From positions 3,042-67,041 of the forward strand of contig MHSA01000011.1 in assembly GCA_001821135.1 (NCBI GenBank): a stretch of 64,000 nucleotides of DNA. The letters are read 5' to 3'. The notes under the pieces were generated by a model. It saw only the letters and a list, made by a program, of their open reading frames with translations, was not told the origin of the DNA and searched no databases. Below, piece after piece: positions 1-9,227 of the stretch (position 1 is its first letter; each line of letters opens with the position of its first letter). Source of the DNA: Candidatus Taylorbacteria bacterium RIFCSPLOWO2_01_FULL_48_100 (GTDB lineage Bacteria; Patescibacteriota; Minisyncoccia; Phycocordibacterales; UBA10002). A program made the translations under genes and the position numbers.

Positions 1-581
1 ATTTCTTGCGGCGCGTAAAATTCAAGACGAAACACGCCGCCCCCAAAGCGCGAGCGAAGAGGCGAGGAAAGGAGCGCGATGCGCGTCGTTGCGGCGAGGA
101 GCGTAAATGGCGGAAGCTCCAGTTGAATTGTGCGCGCCGACGGCCCCTTGCCGATAATGATGTGCAGTTCTCCCGACTCCATTGCCGGATACAACACTTC
201 CTCAATGGAGCGGTTGAGGCGGTGTATTTCGTCAATAAACAAAATATCGCCCGCAGAAAGGTTCGTGAGTATGGAAGCGAGGTCGCCAACTTTCTCAATC
301 GCAGGTCCGGAAGTGGATTTCATCTGCGCGCCCATCTCTTTTGCAATTAGGTGGGCGAGTGTCGTCTTGCCGAGCCCCGGCGGTCCGTAAAAAAGAATAT
401 GCTCGGGCGGGTGACTCCGTTCGCGCGCCGCGCCGAGGAGGATTTTTAGATTTTCCGTAACTTGTTTTTGCCCAGTGTACTCATCAAACGATGCGGGGCG
501 GAGTGCCGCGTCAAGAAAGGCGTCCCGCCGCGCGCCGACATCGGCTTCCGTCTTAATCTTTTCTTTCGCAAGTTTTTGCAT
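1..581 (-). CDS. ruvB: Holliday junction branch migration helicase RuvB (5' part; runs off window)
   Basis: Manual minus-strand translation from ATG at 581: [12 protein letters not shown]...[16 protein letters not shown]...[11 protein letters not shown]...AATTR. Confidence 0.95.
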   Translation of the reverse strand, partial: MQKLAKEKIKTEADVGARRDAFLDAALRPASFDEYTGQKQVTENLKILLGAARERSHPPEHILFYGPPGLGKTTLAHLIAKEMGAQMKSTSGPAIEKVGDLASILTNLSAGDILFIDEIHRLNRSIEEVLYPAMESGELHIIIGKGPSARTIQLELPPFTLLAATTRIALLSSPLRSRFGGGVFRLEFYAPQE

Positions 582-593
582 TTAATGGACTTG

Positions 594-642
594 TCCCGTT
601 AGAAGCAGGGAATTGTTGCAATTACCGAGGCTTCTAATGGGA
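594..642. repeat. Short inverted repeat TCCCGTTAGAAGC...GCTTCTAATGGGA, related to the element at 45454-45579
   Basis: 13-bp arms with one mismatch; shares the CCCGTTAGAA core. Confidence 0.6.
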
Positions 643-684
643 TTGACAATAAAATTAAACTATGCTAACCTAATTTTGGTAGAA

Positions 685-782
685 GCGTCGCAAAACACAT
701 TTTCAAAATGTCTGGAGCGAGTGGTCGCATTGCAGCGACCCGAGCGTTACCGAGGACTTTTGTAAAATGTGTTTTGCGACGC
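685..782. repeat. ~98-bp palindromic (MITE-like) element
   Basis: Perfect 19-bp arms GCGTCGCAAAACACATTTT (685-703) and AAAATGTGTTTTGCGACGC (764-782), with internal hairpin GGTCGC/GCGACC. Confidence 0.7.
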
Positions 783-1035
783 GCTGTTATTTTCAAGCGC
801 GCGAATCTCTAAGCAATAGACCTTCGGGTTTTTGACGCCCCATCGGGGATGTTCCGGTTTGATGCTTCACGGCCCCTGACGGGAACACACCCAAGAGCTG
901 CGTTTTGCTTTTCGTGTTTATATGAAAAGTATTGCTTAGAGATTCGCGTTCTGGAAACCTTTTTTCTTTTGTTACTGTACCCGCTTTCTCGGTGCGCGCA
1001 ATTGCTTGACGCGCCTTTTTTGTTTCCTAATGCAT

Positions 1036-2709
1036 TTATTCATTAAACCCGACCACGCGCTCCACTTCTTCAAGTGAAGTGATTCCCAACAACGCTTTCA
1101 GAACACCATCTTGCGGCATTGTGAGAAGTCCTTGCGGTTTTCCTGTCGCTCGGATTTCGCGCTCGCTCGGATTTTCGCGGATTATTTTCTCTATCGCAGA
1201 ATCCATCACAATTCCCTCAAACACGCCGATTCTGCCTTTGTAGCCCGTTTGCGAACACTTGTCGCACCCGACCGCCTTCCACGCGCGCGCCGTCTGCGGC
1301 ACGGATTCTTCTTTGGGAAGCCCTGCAAGCACCTGTTCAACCAACTTCTTTTCATACGCAGACAACGCGGTTTCTTTTTTGCATATAGAACAGAGCTTTC
1401 GGACGAGGCGCTGAGCGAGCGCGAGCGTAATCGCAGAGCTCATCACTTTAGAATCCGCGCCGAGGTCTATGAGGCGTGGGAAGGTGCCAGCGGCGTTGTT
1501 GGTGTGCAATGTTGAGAATACCATATGGCCAGTAAGCGAAGCGTTCAAGGCGACCCCGGCGGTCTCGCCATCGCGGATTTCACCGACCATAATCACATCA
1601 GGGTCTTGACGGAGCGCGGAACGCAAACCCTCCAAGAAAGTATACTTTTCCTCCGCGTTCACTTGCGTTTGCACGATGCCTTGCAGGTGGTATTCAATCG
1701 GGTCTTCAATTGTAATGACCTTCACGCCCGGCGTATAAATCTTCCGCAAAAAGGCGTAGAGCGTTGTCGTCTTACCACTTCCCGTCGGACCCGTTGTGAG
1801 AATCATACCGTTCGGCTTTTTAATTTCTTTTTCCACAAGTGCGTGTAACTTCGGATGCATACCTAGGTCTTCCATCGGCACCGCAATTGTCGCCGGATTC
1901 AAAACGCGTAGCACGACCGACTCGCCATACGAACCAGGAATTACCGAAGTTCGTATTTCTATTTCCGTTCCCCCTACTTTTACGCTAAATCTGCCGTCTT
2001 GCGCTTCGTCGCGCACATTGAGCTTAAGCCCCGATACGAGTTTTACGCGCGAGAGTATAAATTGGAATGAGTCCGTTGGTATGGCGATAAGGTCGTTCAG
2101 TATTCCATCTAAGCGCACGCGCACGCGCACCGAGGCGCTTTCCGGTTCAAAATGAATATCTGACGCGTCGGTTGCGAGCGCGCCGGCGAGTAATGTTTCA
2201 ACCATGCGCGAAACGCGTGAAGATTGTTTTGATGCCAGTTCTGAGCGCAAAACATTAGCAATATCCGCAACCGTCTTTAAGTTTTTCGCCTGCGCCGACA
2301 CCTCGTCGCTCTGAATGGTGATTGAACCCGCGCTTTCTTCATGTGCAAACGATAATTCTTTGTATCGCGCCCACGCTTTTTCAAGTCCCTTCCGTTCCGT
2401 CATAAAAAGCGTTGCTTCGTAGCCCGAACCCGCGAGCTTTTTCAGCGCGGCTTTCGCTTCTTTCTTTTCTGGAGAAAATGCGGCGATGCTCACTTTCTTG
2501 CCGTTCAACGCAAAGCCGGCAATATGCGCCGCGCGCGCTTCGGCTTCGGGGACAAGTCGGAGCGCGTCCAATTCAATCGGGGTGGGGATTAGGTCTATAT
2601 ATGGAATACCAGCTTTTTCCGCCTGTGTTTGCACAAGCGCACGCTCCTCGCGTTCGTGGAGTTCGGTCAGTTGCTCTTTTTGCTTTTCTTCGTCAAATGT
2701 AATGGGCAT
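1036..2709 (-). CDS. pilB: Type IV pilus assembly ATPase PilB/GspE family
   Basis: ASDIHFEP, GPTGSGKTTTLY, TIEDPIEY, LRQDPDVIMVGEIRD, CxxC...CxxC and GYKGR motifs. Confidence 0.92.
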   Translation of the reverse strand: MPITFDEEKQKEQLTELHEREERALVQTQAEKAGIPYIDLIPTPIELDALRLVPEAEARAAHIAGFALNGKKVSIAAFSPEKKEAKAALKKLAGSGYEATLFMTERKGLEKAWARYKELSFAHEESAGSITIQSDEVSAQAKNLKTVADIANVLRSELASKQSSRVSRMVETLLAGALATDASDIHFEPESASVRVRVRLDGILNDLIAIPTDSFQFILSRVKLVSGLKLNVRDEAQDGRFSVKVGGTEIEIRTSVIPGSYGESVVLRVLNPATIAVPMEDLGMHPKLHALVEKEIKKPNGMILTTGPTGSGKTTTLYAFLRKIYTPGVKVITIEDPIEYHLQGIVQTQVNAEEKYTFLEGLRSALRQDPDVIMVGEIRDGETAGVALNASLTGHMVFSTLHTNNAAGTFPRLIDLGADSKVMSSAITLALAQRLVRKLCSICKKETALSAYEKKLVEQVLAGLPKEESVPQTARAWKAVGCDKCSQTGYKGRIGVFEGIVMDSAIEKIIRENPSEREIRATGKPQGLLTMPQDGVLKALLGITSLEEVERVVGFNE

Positions 2710-2729
2710 AAGAATGCCTTTATTATACC

Positions 2730-2770
2730 AATATACGAATGAATACCAATATACGAATGGCTACGAATGG
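2730..2770 (+). repeat. Degenerate TACGAAT short-unit repeat tract
   Basis: atatacgaat gaataccaat atacgaatgg ctacgaatgg; same units as 23536-23577 and 29144-29185. Confidence 0.7.
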
Positions 2771-2772
2771 GC

Positions 2773-2801
2773 TTGACAAGAAATACAGGAGATGCTATAC
2801 T
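2773..2801 (+). promoter_or_regulatory. Near-consensus sigma70 promoter with extended -10
   Basis: TTGACA-N17-TATACT preceded by TGC. Confidence 0.75.
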
Positions 2802-2875
2802 ATATAGCAGAATCAGCACGATTCAAGATTCAATAAAAAACAAAAAACAATCAAAAAAAGAAAGTTGAGGAAAAA

Positions 2876-3661
2876 ATGAAAAAAGGACACGCAATCACTC
2901 TTGGTATCGTCGCAGGTGTAATTATTTTAATACTCACTGCGATAGTTGGATATCTTTCAGGGAAAAACACACATCGTCCGCAGGCGATTTCAGTTACTAA
3001 CACTCCACCGCCCACCATTGTGGTGCAGACGAACGCGCCAAGTCAGGTTGACATGCTTGCCGCCGAGGTGGAGGCACTGAAGGCCGCCAATGAAGAAAGG
3101 GAGGCGAGGGTGCAGAGATTGCTCGCACTCAACGAAGAAGTTCGTCGGGAGCGGGAGACCAATGTCATCACAATACCCGTCACGGTGAATGTAACCAACA
3201 CACCATCTTCGGTGACTATTAACGGCACTTTTAATGTTGGTGGTTCATCAGAGGCAAAGAAGGCGGCGACTTCGTTGATGGAGCGAAGGCGTGCACCGAA
3301 AACGCGGACCCCGATGTACACCATCACAAACTCCACCTCGTCTGTGACGGTTTCTGGAACCACTACGGTTTCGGAGACACACACCTCGGTGCAGAACTTT
3401 CTGCCACCTGGACGGCGAAGTTTGCTCGGTGTGATTCTTTGGGGTCGGGCAAACCCCATTCCGACCACGGTGCCGAGCGGGCAAAGTGTCCAACAAGGAC
3501 AACCGCCGACGCCTATCGTGGTTGTCCAGCAACCATATGGATATGGGTATCCGTCTGGGTATGGCGGTGGGTATGGATACGGATATCCATACAGCCGAGT
3601 GCCCGCATATTCGGGTTCGTGTGAACGCAAACTCTTCGGAGTTCGCTTTCATACGAGGTAG
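2876..3661 (+). CDS. Hypothetical membrane-anchored protein (N-terminal TM, coiled coil, T/V-rich, YG-rich tail)
   Basis: 261-aa ORF with upstream promoter and GAGG SD, and a downstream hairpin plus T-run. Confidence 0.75.
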   Translation: MKKGHAITLGIVAGVIILILTAIVGYLSGKNTHRPQAISVTNTPPPTIVVQTNAPSQVDMLAAEVEALKAANEEREARVQRLLALNEEVRRERETNVITIPVTVNVTNTPSSVTINGTFNVGGSSEAKKAATSLMERRRAPKTRTPMYTITNSTSSVTVSGTTTVSETHTSVQNFLPPGRRSLLGVILWGRANPIPTTVPSGQSVQQGQPPTPIVVVQQPYGYGYPSGYGGGYGYGYPYSRVPAYSGSCERKLFGVRFHTR

Positions 3662-3749
3662 CGAGAAAAAATCTCGCTGAGGCGCGCAAACGAAGTTTGC
3701 GCGCCTTTTTCTTTTTGCGCATACTGTAAAATCACAGGTTGTTGTTTTT

Positions 3750-4217
3750 ATGAAAGAAATCCTTTCTCACAGCATCGCAGACACCGCGAAGTTTGCGCAA
3801 GAGTTTCTTGCTGGGCTGTTTCCATGTGCAGATTCGTCGACAGTTGTTGGGTTATACGGAGATCTCGGTTCGGGCAAGACCGCGTTTGTTCAGCAGATTG
3901 CGAAAGCACTCGGCGCGCGCGGCTCTGTCCAAAGCCCGACTTTTGTCATTATGAAAAAATATGCGCTAAAAAATCCCCCCTCACTCCCCCCTTTATTAAA
4001 GGGGGGATATAGAGGGGATTTACAACTTGTCCATATAGACGCCTACCGTTTAGACAGCGCCACGGATTTAAAAAAACTCGGCTGGGATGCGCTCTCAAGC
4101 GACCATAGTAATCTCATTTTCATAGAATGGGCAGACCGAGTCGCCGACATTTTACCGCTTGACCATATTAAACTCCGCTTTGAGTTTGTAGATGATACAA
4201 CTCGCAAGATATCGTAA
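3750..4217 (+). CDS. tsaE: tRNA threonylcarbamoyladenosine biosynthesis ATPase TsaE, with in-frame palindromic insert
   Basis: GDLGSGKT, VQSPTF, HIDAYRL and IEWAD motifs. Confidence 0.93.
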   Translation: MKEILSHSIADTAKFAQEFLAGLFPCADSSTVVGLYGDLGSGKTAFVQQIAKALGARGSVQSPTFVIMKKYALKNPPSLPPLLKGGYRGDLQLVHIDAYRLDSATDLKKLGWDALSSDHSNLIFIEWADRVADILPLDHIKLRFEFVDDTTRKIS

Positions 4218-4284
4218 AACTTAGCGTAATCTTCCACCCGCCAACCCACCTTATTTTTATGTGCGTATAACTTATATAAAAACA

Positions 4285-4326
4285 CCACATCAATATAGTA
4301 CGCGACCGCGTACTATATTGATGTGG
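4285..4326. repeat. Perfect 20-bp-arm palindrome downstream of the PaaX-like gene
   Basis: CCACATCAATATAGTACGCG-AC-CGCGTACTATATTGATGTGG. Confidence 0.9.
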
Positions 4327-4385
4327 GTAAATTGTTAGACAATCAATAATGAAATAACTAGAAGATTTACGAGAGAAGTTAGAAG

Positions 4386-4958
4386 TTACGGAGGATATAC
4401 TTCAAAATAATCACGAAGCACGCGGTCGTTTTCTATTGCTTCTGCAATCACATACAACAAATCTTTTCCTATTTTGAAATCCGCTTTGAGGAGCGCAATG
4501 AAATCCTCGCAGTCGTGTGGATACACCCACACACTATCTTGTAGCCACTTAAAACCGATTGCTTGGAGCGTGTTCCGTACTTTGTCCCGCAACTCTTTTT
4601 GTTTTTCTGGAATATCAAAAATAAGCACGCGCCATTTGCCGTCCCATTTTTCAGGTTGAGGAAGTTTATACTCGCATTTTTTCCACTCGCACAATTTCTC
4701 TTTTCCTTTCAGCGTTAATTCAAGAAATTTTTTATTCCGGCGGAGCAGTCCATTTTTTACGAGTCGTTCTCGCGCCGCAAGAACCGAGCGGTACTTTTTC
4801 TTTTGTTCGGCACTGTCCATCATTTTATACATTTTATACACACTCCCCGCGAGCATCTGTGTAGTCATTTCAACTAACGATTCTGCCGCGGCAAGCATCG
4901 TACGCTGTAGCCGTGTATTTCGTACTCGCTCCATTACTTTTTTCTCAAGCATTCCCAT
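4386..4958 (-). CDS. PaaX-family transcriptional regulator (wHTH plus Cas2-like domain), CPR type
   Basis: WDGKWRVLIFDIPE...LQAIGFKWLQDSVWVYP motif. Confidence 0.85.
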   Translation of the reverse strand: MGMLEKKVMERVRNTRLQRTMLAAAESLVEMTTQMLAGSVYKMYKMMDSAEQKKKYRSVLAARERLVKNGLLRRNKKFLELTLKGKEKLCEWKKCEYKLPQPEKWDGKWRVLIFDIPEKQKELRDKVRNTLQAIGFKWLQDSVWVYPHDCEDFIALLKADFKIGKDLLYVIAEAIENDRVLRDYFEVYPP

Positions 4959-5017
4959 ATTATTTGTTTTTCTTTTTGATAGATGTAGTGCAAGTTACAA
5001 GGGGTGTGTTTTTAAGT

Positions 5018-5054
5018 ATATCAATATAGTGCGCGGTCGCAAGTTATATTGATA
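5018..5054. repeat. Imperfect palindrome upstream of the PaaX-like gene; homolog of 4285-4326
   Basis: ATATCAATATAGTGCGCGGTCGCAAGTTATATTGATAT. Confidence 0.8.
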
Positions 5055-5270
5055 TTGACTGATAGAATGAGGTTGTGGTAGGATTTTGGGCAGAGAGACA
5101 CAGAAGTTCCTCTTAGATTTCTGCGCCTCGCAGAGCGGGGGCGGGAAGCGTACGGCGTGTTGCCTGAAAGGGCGGCGCAACGGAGCGCTGAAAGGCGAAT
5201 GAACTTTGAAAACACAAGTTCCGTTTGCCCTGAAAGGGGCGAAAGAACAAAAACCTGAAAGGGTTATAGT

Positions 5271-6083
5271 ATGGACTACTGGAAAAGAGATGAACAAAAC
5301 GATGTTACGCTCCTGTTATTCAAACCAGGCGAGCAGGCATCAGAAGATTGTCATAGAGCTTTTGCGATTCTCAGGGAGGTTGAACTCACTGAAACAGAAA
5401 AGGTTCTCTCAATACTGGGAAAGAAAAATAAGCGACCACATCATGGCGGAGATTTGTACCAGTCCCCCAACTTGGGAGATGCTCCCTTGGAGACGGTGCG
5501 CCGAATCATTGCGGCAACACTCATTGTGTGCCGTGTCGAATGGTTCACTTTTGTGAATAGTATTGTTGAAATCACAAATCACAATAGTAGCAGGTCTCCT
5601 CATTTTCGTTACGGCGCGGTTCTCGGTCTTCTTGATGGGTTTTTGTATCCAGATCTGTTTTTGGGAGACGAAGATGATGAAGAAAAAACCTTGCCGTTTT
5701 ACGAGGACATTGGCCCGTGTTGCATATACACAGCAATACTGCTTTGTATATTGAAACTCACTTGGTGGTGTCCAGACGAAAACGAGGAAGACGGCCATCA
5801 ACTCTCAAAACAGCAATCTGGAGAGCTGTCTAACCTAATTAGCAAGTGTCTAGACGAACCTAAGTTAGGTGTCGTTGGAACTCACCCACGGATGCTTGCA
5901 ATATCGCGGTTCCTCACCGAAGTGGCAGTCCGTTACGATGAGGAAGACAGCGAGGGAGGTTCGTTTCGTTCTGAATGGATAGAGGCAATTGCAAATGGAT
6001 TTCTTTATAAAATGTTCGGTAAACTATCCTTCCAGAATCAAGTGGAGTTGGTGAACGAGGCCATTGTGGACTTAAACGGTTGA
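5271..6083 (+). CDS. Hypothetical protein
   Basis: 270-aa ORF with atypical composition, followed by hairpin/T-run at ~6092-6123. Confidence 0.6.
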   Translation: MDYWKRDEQNDVTLLLFKPGEQASEDCHRAFAILREVELTETEKVLSILGKKNKRPHHGGDLYQSPNLGDAPLETVRRIIAATLIVCRVEWFTFVNSIVEITNHNSSRSPHFRYGAVLGLLDGFLYPDLFLGDEDDEEKTLPFYEDIGPCCIYTAILLCILKLTWWCPDENEEDGHQLSKQQSGELSNLISKCLDEPKLGVVGTHPRMLAISRFLTEVAVRYDEEDSEGGSFRSEWIEAIANGFLYKMFGKLSFQNQVELVNEAIVDLNG

Positions 6084-6154
6084 ATTTGCACAGTCGGGTG
6101 ATTTTTGTCACCCGGCTTTTTTTATGGCGGAGCGATGTTAGAATGATCTCAACG

Positions 6155-8656
6155 ATGGCTGAAAAACAGAACAAGCGGCTGGTGCTTATAGATGCGCACG
6201 CGATACTGCATCGCGCATATCATGCGTTGCCGGAGTTTAGTAATAGCAAAGGCGAACCGACGGGCGGGCTCTATGGGCTTGCGGCGATGCTTATTAAAAT
6301 TATTGCGGATTTAAAACCCGACTATCTTGCTGCAGCGTACGATTTGCCGAAGCCGACTTTTCGGCATACTGCGTACAAAGAGTACAAAGAAGGGCGGGCG
6401 AAGGCAGACGATGCGCTCATTTCACAAATGAAACGCTCGCGCGAGATTTTTGAAGCGTTTGGAATCCCGATTTACGACAAAGAAGGGTTTGAAGCGGATG
6501 ATATTCTCGGTACGATTGTAGAAAAGTTACAAGTTACACGCTACAAGTTACAAGTTGATATAGTTATCGCGTCTGGCGATATGGACACCCTACAATTAGT
6601 TGATGGAAAAAAAGTGCAAGTGTACACACTCAAAAAAGGGATTAATGACACGGTTTTGTATGACGAAGAAAAAGTAAGAGAACGCTATGGATTTGGTCCA
6701 AAACTTTTACCGGATTTTAAGGGGTTGAAAGGCGACCCGTCGGATAATATAAAAGGAATAAAAGGGATTGGCGATAAAACTGCGACCGAACTCATACAAA
6801 AATTCGGCTCGGTTGAGGAAATCTATAAGAAGTTGAAGAAAGATAGGGGTATATTTGAGAAAGAAGGAATAAGTGCGCGAATGATTGGACTATTGGATGC
6901 GGGAAAAGAAGATGCTGAGTTTTCTAAAATACTCGGAACTATTCGGCGCGATGCGCCGATTGAATTCGCACTTCCTGAAAAGCCGTGGCGTGAGTGTGCG
7001 AATGTGGGTAATGCAGAAAAGTTATTTCAAGAGTTGGAGTTTCGCAACCTTGGGCAGAGGTTGCGGGCGGCGATATCAAAAGTTTCTTCATCTCGCCCTT
7101 TTCAAGGGGGAGTACCCGAGCGAAGCGAGGGGGAGGGGGTGGTTTCTGCAGAAATTAAATCACCCCTCCGCCCAGCACTTTCTTCAGAAAGTGCTGGGCA
7201 CCTCCCCTTAATCAAGGGCAGGATGAAAGAAAAAGAATTTTCCGACCTCTCCATCGCCCTTTGGCTCATCAATTCCAACCTAACAAACCCGACCGCGGAC
7301 GATGTGTGTAATTTTGCAGGAACGAAAGATGTGAGCGTGGCGCGCGCGAAAATTCTTGCGGAACTGAAAACGCGCGGCCTCGCGCGCGTATTTGAAGAGA
7401 TTGAAAAACCACTCATTCCTGTTGTTGAAAAAATGAACGCCCGCGGCGTGAAAATGGATACAAAGTATCTTGCCGTGCTTTCTACAGAGTACCACCGCGA
7501 GCTTGCTGCGCTGAAAAAAGAAATCTGGAGTATGGCTGGAACCGAATTTAATGTAAATTCACCAAAACAGCTTGGCGAACTTTTGTTTGTAAAAATGGGG
7601 CTTAAGGCGGCGCGACAGAAGAAGACGGCAGGAGGCGCGCTTTCAACACGCGAAAGCGAGCTTGAAAAGATGCGCGATTTGCACCCAATTATTGCGAAGA
7701 TTCTTGAGTACCGCGAGTTTCAGAAACTACTCTCAACCTATATTGACGCGCTTCCAGAATCGGTAGATACGCACGGTCGCTTGCACGCGTCGTTTTTGCA
7801 GGCGGGAACGACGACGGGGCGAATGTCGTCGCAAAATCCGAACTTGCAAAATATCCCCATTCAGACCGCGCGCGGCAGGCGGATTCGGAACGCATTCGTC
7901 GCGGATAATGGCTGTGCGCTCCTCGCGTTTGATTACTCGCAAGTAGAACTTCGCGTTGCGGCAATTCTTTCTGGAGACCAGAAACTTATTGAAATCTTCA
8001 AGAAAGGGGAAGATGTACATACTGCGGTGGCGGCGGAAGTTTTTGGTGTCGCGCCAGAAAAAGTGACTAAAGAAATGCGCCGACAGGCGAAAGTAATTAA
8101 CTTCGGAATTTTGTACGGTATGGGAGTGAATGCGTTGCGCGCTACACTCGGAGATGTAGAAACTCCAGTATCGCGCGCGGACGCGCAGAAATACTTGGAC
8201 GAATATTTCGCGCGCTTTCCAGTGCTCGCCGCGTATTTGGAAGAAACAAAAGCCGTCGCGCGCGAGCGCAGCTACACAGAGACCTTATTCGGGCGGCGCA
8301 GATATTTTGAGGCGCTCAATTCGCCGATTTCGTACATCCGCGCGGCAGCAGAGCGGCAAGTGATTAACGCGCCGATACAAGGCACTGCCGCAGATATCGT
8401 GAAAATTGCGATGGCTCGGGTGGCTGAATTTTTGCGAGACGAGAAATTAGACGAAAAAGCACGCTTGATTTTACAAGTGCATGATGAATTGGTATATGAA
8501 GTGAAAAAAGAGTCGGTTTCCGAGCTCGCGCCAAAAATACAAAAGATAATGGAGGGCGTGTTGTCTCCAGGGCAGTCGCGGGGTGTGCCGATTCTGGTAG
8601 AAGTGAGCGTCGGCGACAATTGGGGGGAGATGCGGAAGTTAGTGGAAAGTAGTTAG
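6155..8656 (+). CDS. polA: DNA polymerase I (5'-3' exonuclease and polymerase; 3'-5' exonuclease domain reduced), with repeat inserts
   Basis: LIDAHAILHRAYHA, EADD, GDPSDNIKG, TTTGRMSSQNPNLQNIP, DYSQVELR, QVHDEL. Confidence 0.97.
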   Translation: MAEKQNKRLVLIDAHAILHRAYHALPEFSNSKGEPTGGLYGLAAMLIKIIADLKPDYLAAAYDLPKPTFRHTAYKEYKEGRAKADDALISQMKRSREIFEAFGIPIYDKEGFEADDILGTIVEKLQVTRYKLQVDIVIASGDMDTLQLVDGKKVQVYTLKKGINDTVLYDEEKVRERYGFGPKLLPDFKGLKGDPSDNIKGIKGIGDKTATELIQKFGSVEEIYKKLKKDRGIFEKEGISARMIGLLDAGKEDAEFSKILGTIRRDAPIEFALPEKPWRECANVGNAEKLFQELEFRNLGQRLRAAISKVSSSRPFQGGVPERSEGEGVVSAEIKSPLRPALSSESAGHLPLIKGRMKEKEFSDLSIALWLINSNLTNPTADDVCNFAGTKDVSVARAKILAELKTRGLARVFEEIEKPLIPVVEKMNARGVKMDTKYLAVLSTEYHRELAALKKEIWSMAGTEFNVNSPKQLGELLFVKMGLKAARQKKTAGGALSTRESELEKMRDLHPIIAKILEYREFQKLLSTYIDALPESVDTHGRLHASFLQAGTTTGRMSSQNPNLQNIPIQTARGRRIRNAFVADNGCALLAFDYSQVELRVAAILSGDQKLIEIFKKGEDVHTAVAAEVFGVAPEKVTKEMRRQAKVINFGILYGMGVNALRATLGDVETPVSRADAQKYLDEYFARFPVLAAYLEETKAVARERSYTETLFGRRRYFEALNSPISYIRAAAERQVINAPIQGTAADIVKIAMARVAEFLRDEKLDEKARLILQVHDELVYEVKKESVSELAPKIQKIMEGVLSPGQSRGVPILVEVSVGDNWGEMRKLVESS
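7091..7224 (+). repeat. Composite palindromic element inserted in frame in polA
   Basis: 38 bp (7104-7141) identical to 39562-39599; second half matches 11394-11447 and the folA insert. Confidence 0.9.
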
Positions 8657-8696
8657 TAGTAAGTGATAAATGGGTTGAGAAACGATTAATCGGAGA

Positions 8697-9128
8697 TTGT
8701 CTGACCATGCTACAATGTCGGGCATGAAAAAGAATTATCGCGCGTGGCATAAGAAAAAGTCGGAAGTAAACGAGATAGTAACTCGGCCGTTTTTTCACGA
8801 GCGTGAGATTTGGTTTTGCTATATCGGCACTAATGTTGGTTTTGAGCAGGACGGTTCCGGCAATGATTTTTTGCGACCGGTAGTGGTGTTGAGGAAATTT
8901 AACAACGAAATCTTTTGGGCGATTCCGTTGACAAAAGCGCATAAGAAGAGAAAGAAAAAAGCAGAACAGTATTATTACGCTTTCTCTTTTATACAAGGAA
9001 TCACTAGCATCGCGCTTTTGTCTCAAATTCGTTTGATTGATGCTCGGCGTTTGAGTCGCAATATTGGCGTTATAGCAGATAAAGATTTTAAGGAACTAAA
9101 GAAAAAACTCAAAGCACTTTTGCCTTGA
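8697..9128 (+). CDS. PemK/MazF-like endoribonuclease (orphan toxin); start may be 8715 or 8724
   Basis: EIWFCYIGTNVGFEQDG...RPVVVLRK...AIPLT...LSQIRLID, a PemK-fold pattern; no adjacent antitoxin ORF. Confidence 0.8.
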   Translation: MSDHATMSGMKKNYRAWHKKKSEVNEIVTRPFFHEREIWFCYIGTNVGFEQDGSGNDFLRPVVVLRKFNNEIFWAIPLTKAHKKRKKKAEQYYYAFSFIQGITSIALLSQIRLIDARRLSRNIGVIADKDFKELKKKLKALLP

Positions 9129-9180
9129 GTTTTTTCTTTTTCCTCCGCCTTGCGGCGGAGTCGGGCCGAAGCCATTTGTG
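9125..9180 (-). ncRNA. Candidate antisense small RNA convergent with the PemK/MazF gene (3' end unknown)
   Basis: Minus-strand promoter TTGACT(9214-9209)-N17-TACCTT(9191-9186); hairpins GGC-UUCG-GCC and CUCCGCC-GCAA-GGCGGAG. Confidence 0.5.
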
Positions 9181-9227
9181 GTATAAAGGTAGCAAAACGA
9201 GGTTATTAAGTCAAGCAAGTTATCAAC

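Noticed and set aside
840-900. SRP RNA or 6S RNA (minus-strand TCAGG...AAGCA)
   Set aside because: Spacing and loop do not match the SRP helix 8 consensus, and this cannot be supported without a covariance search.
4386-4958. CRISPR-Cas (Cas2-like FDIPE/LQ.SVW motifs)
   Set aside because: The motifs belong to the PaaX-like central domain. No cas1 and no repeat-spacer array were seen in the window.
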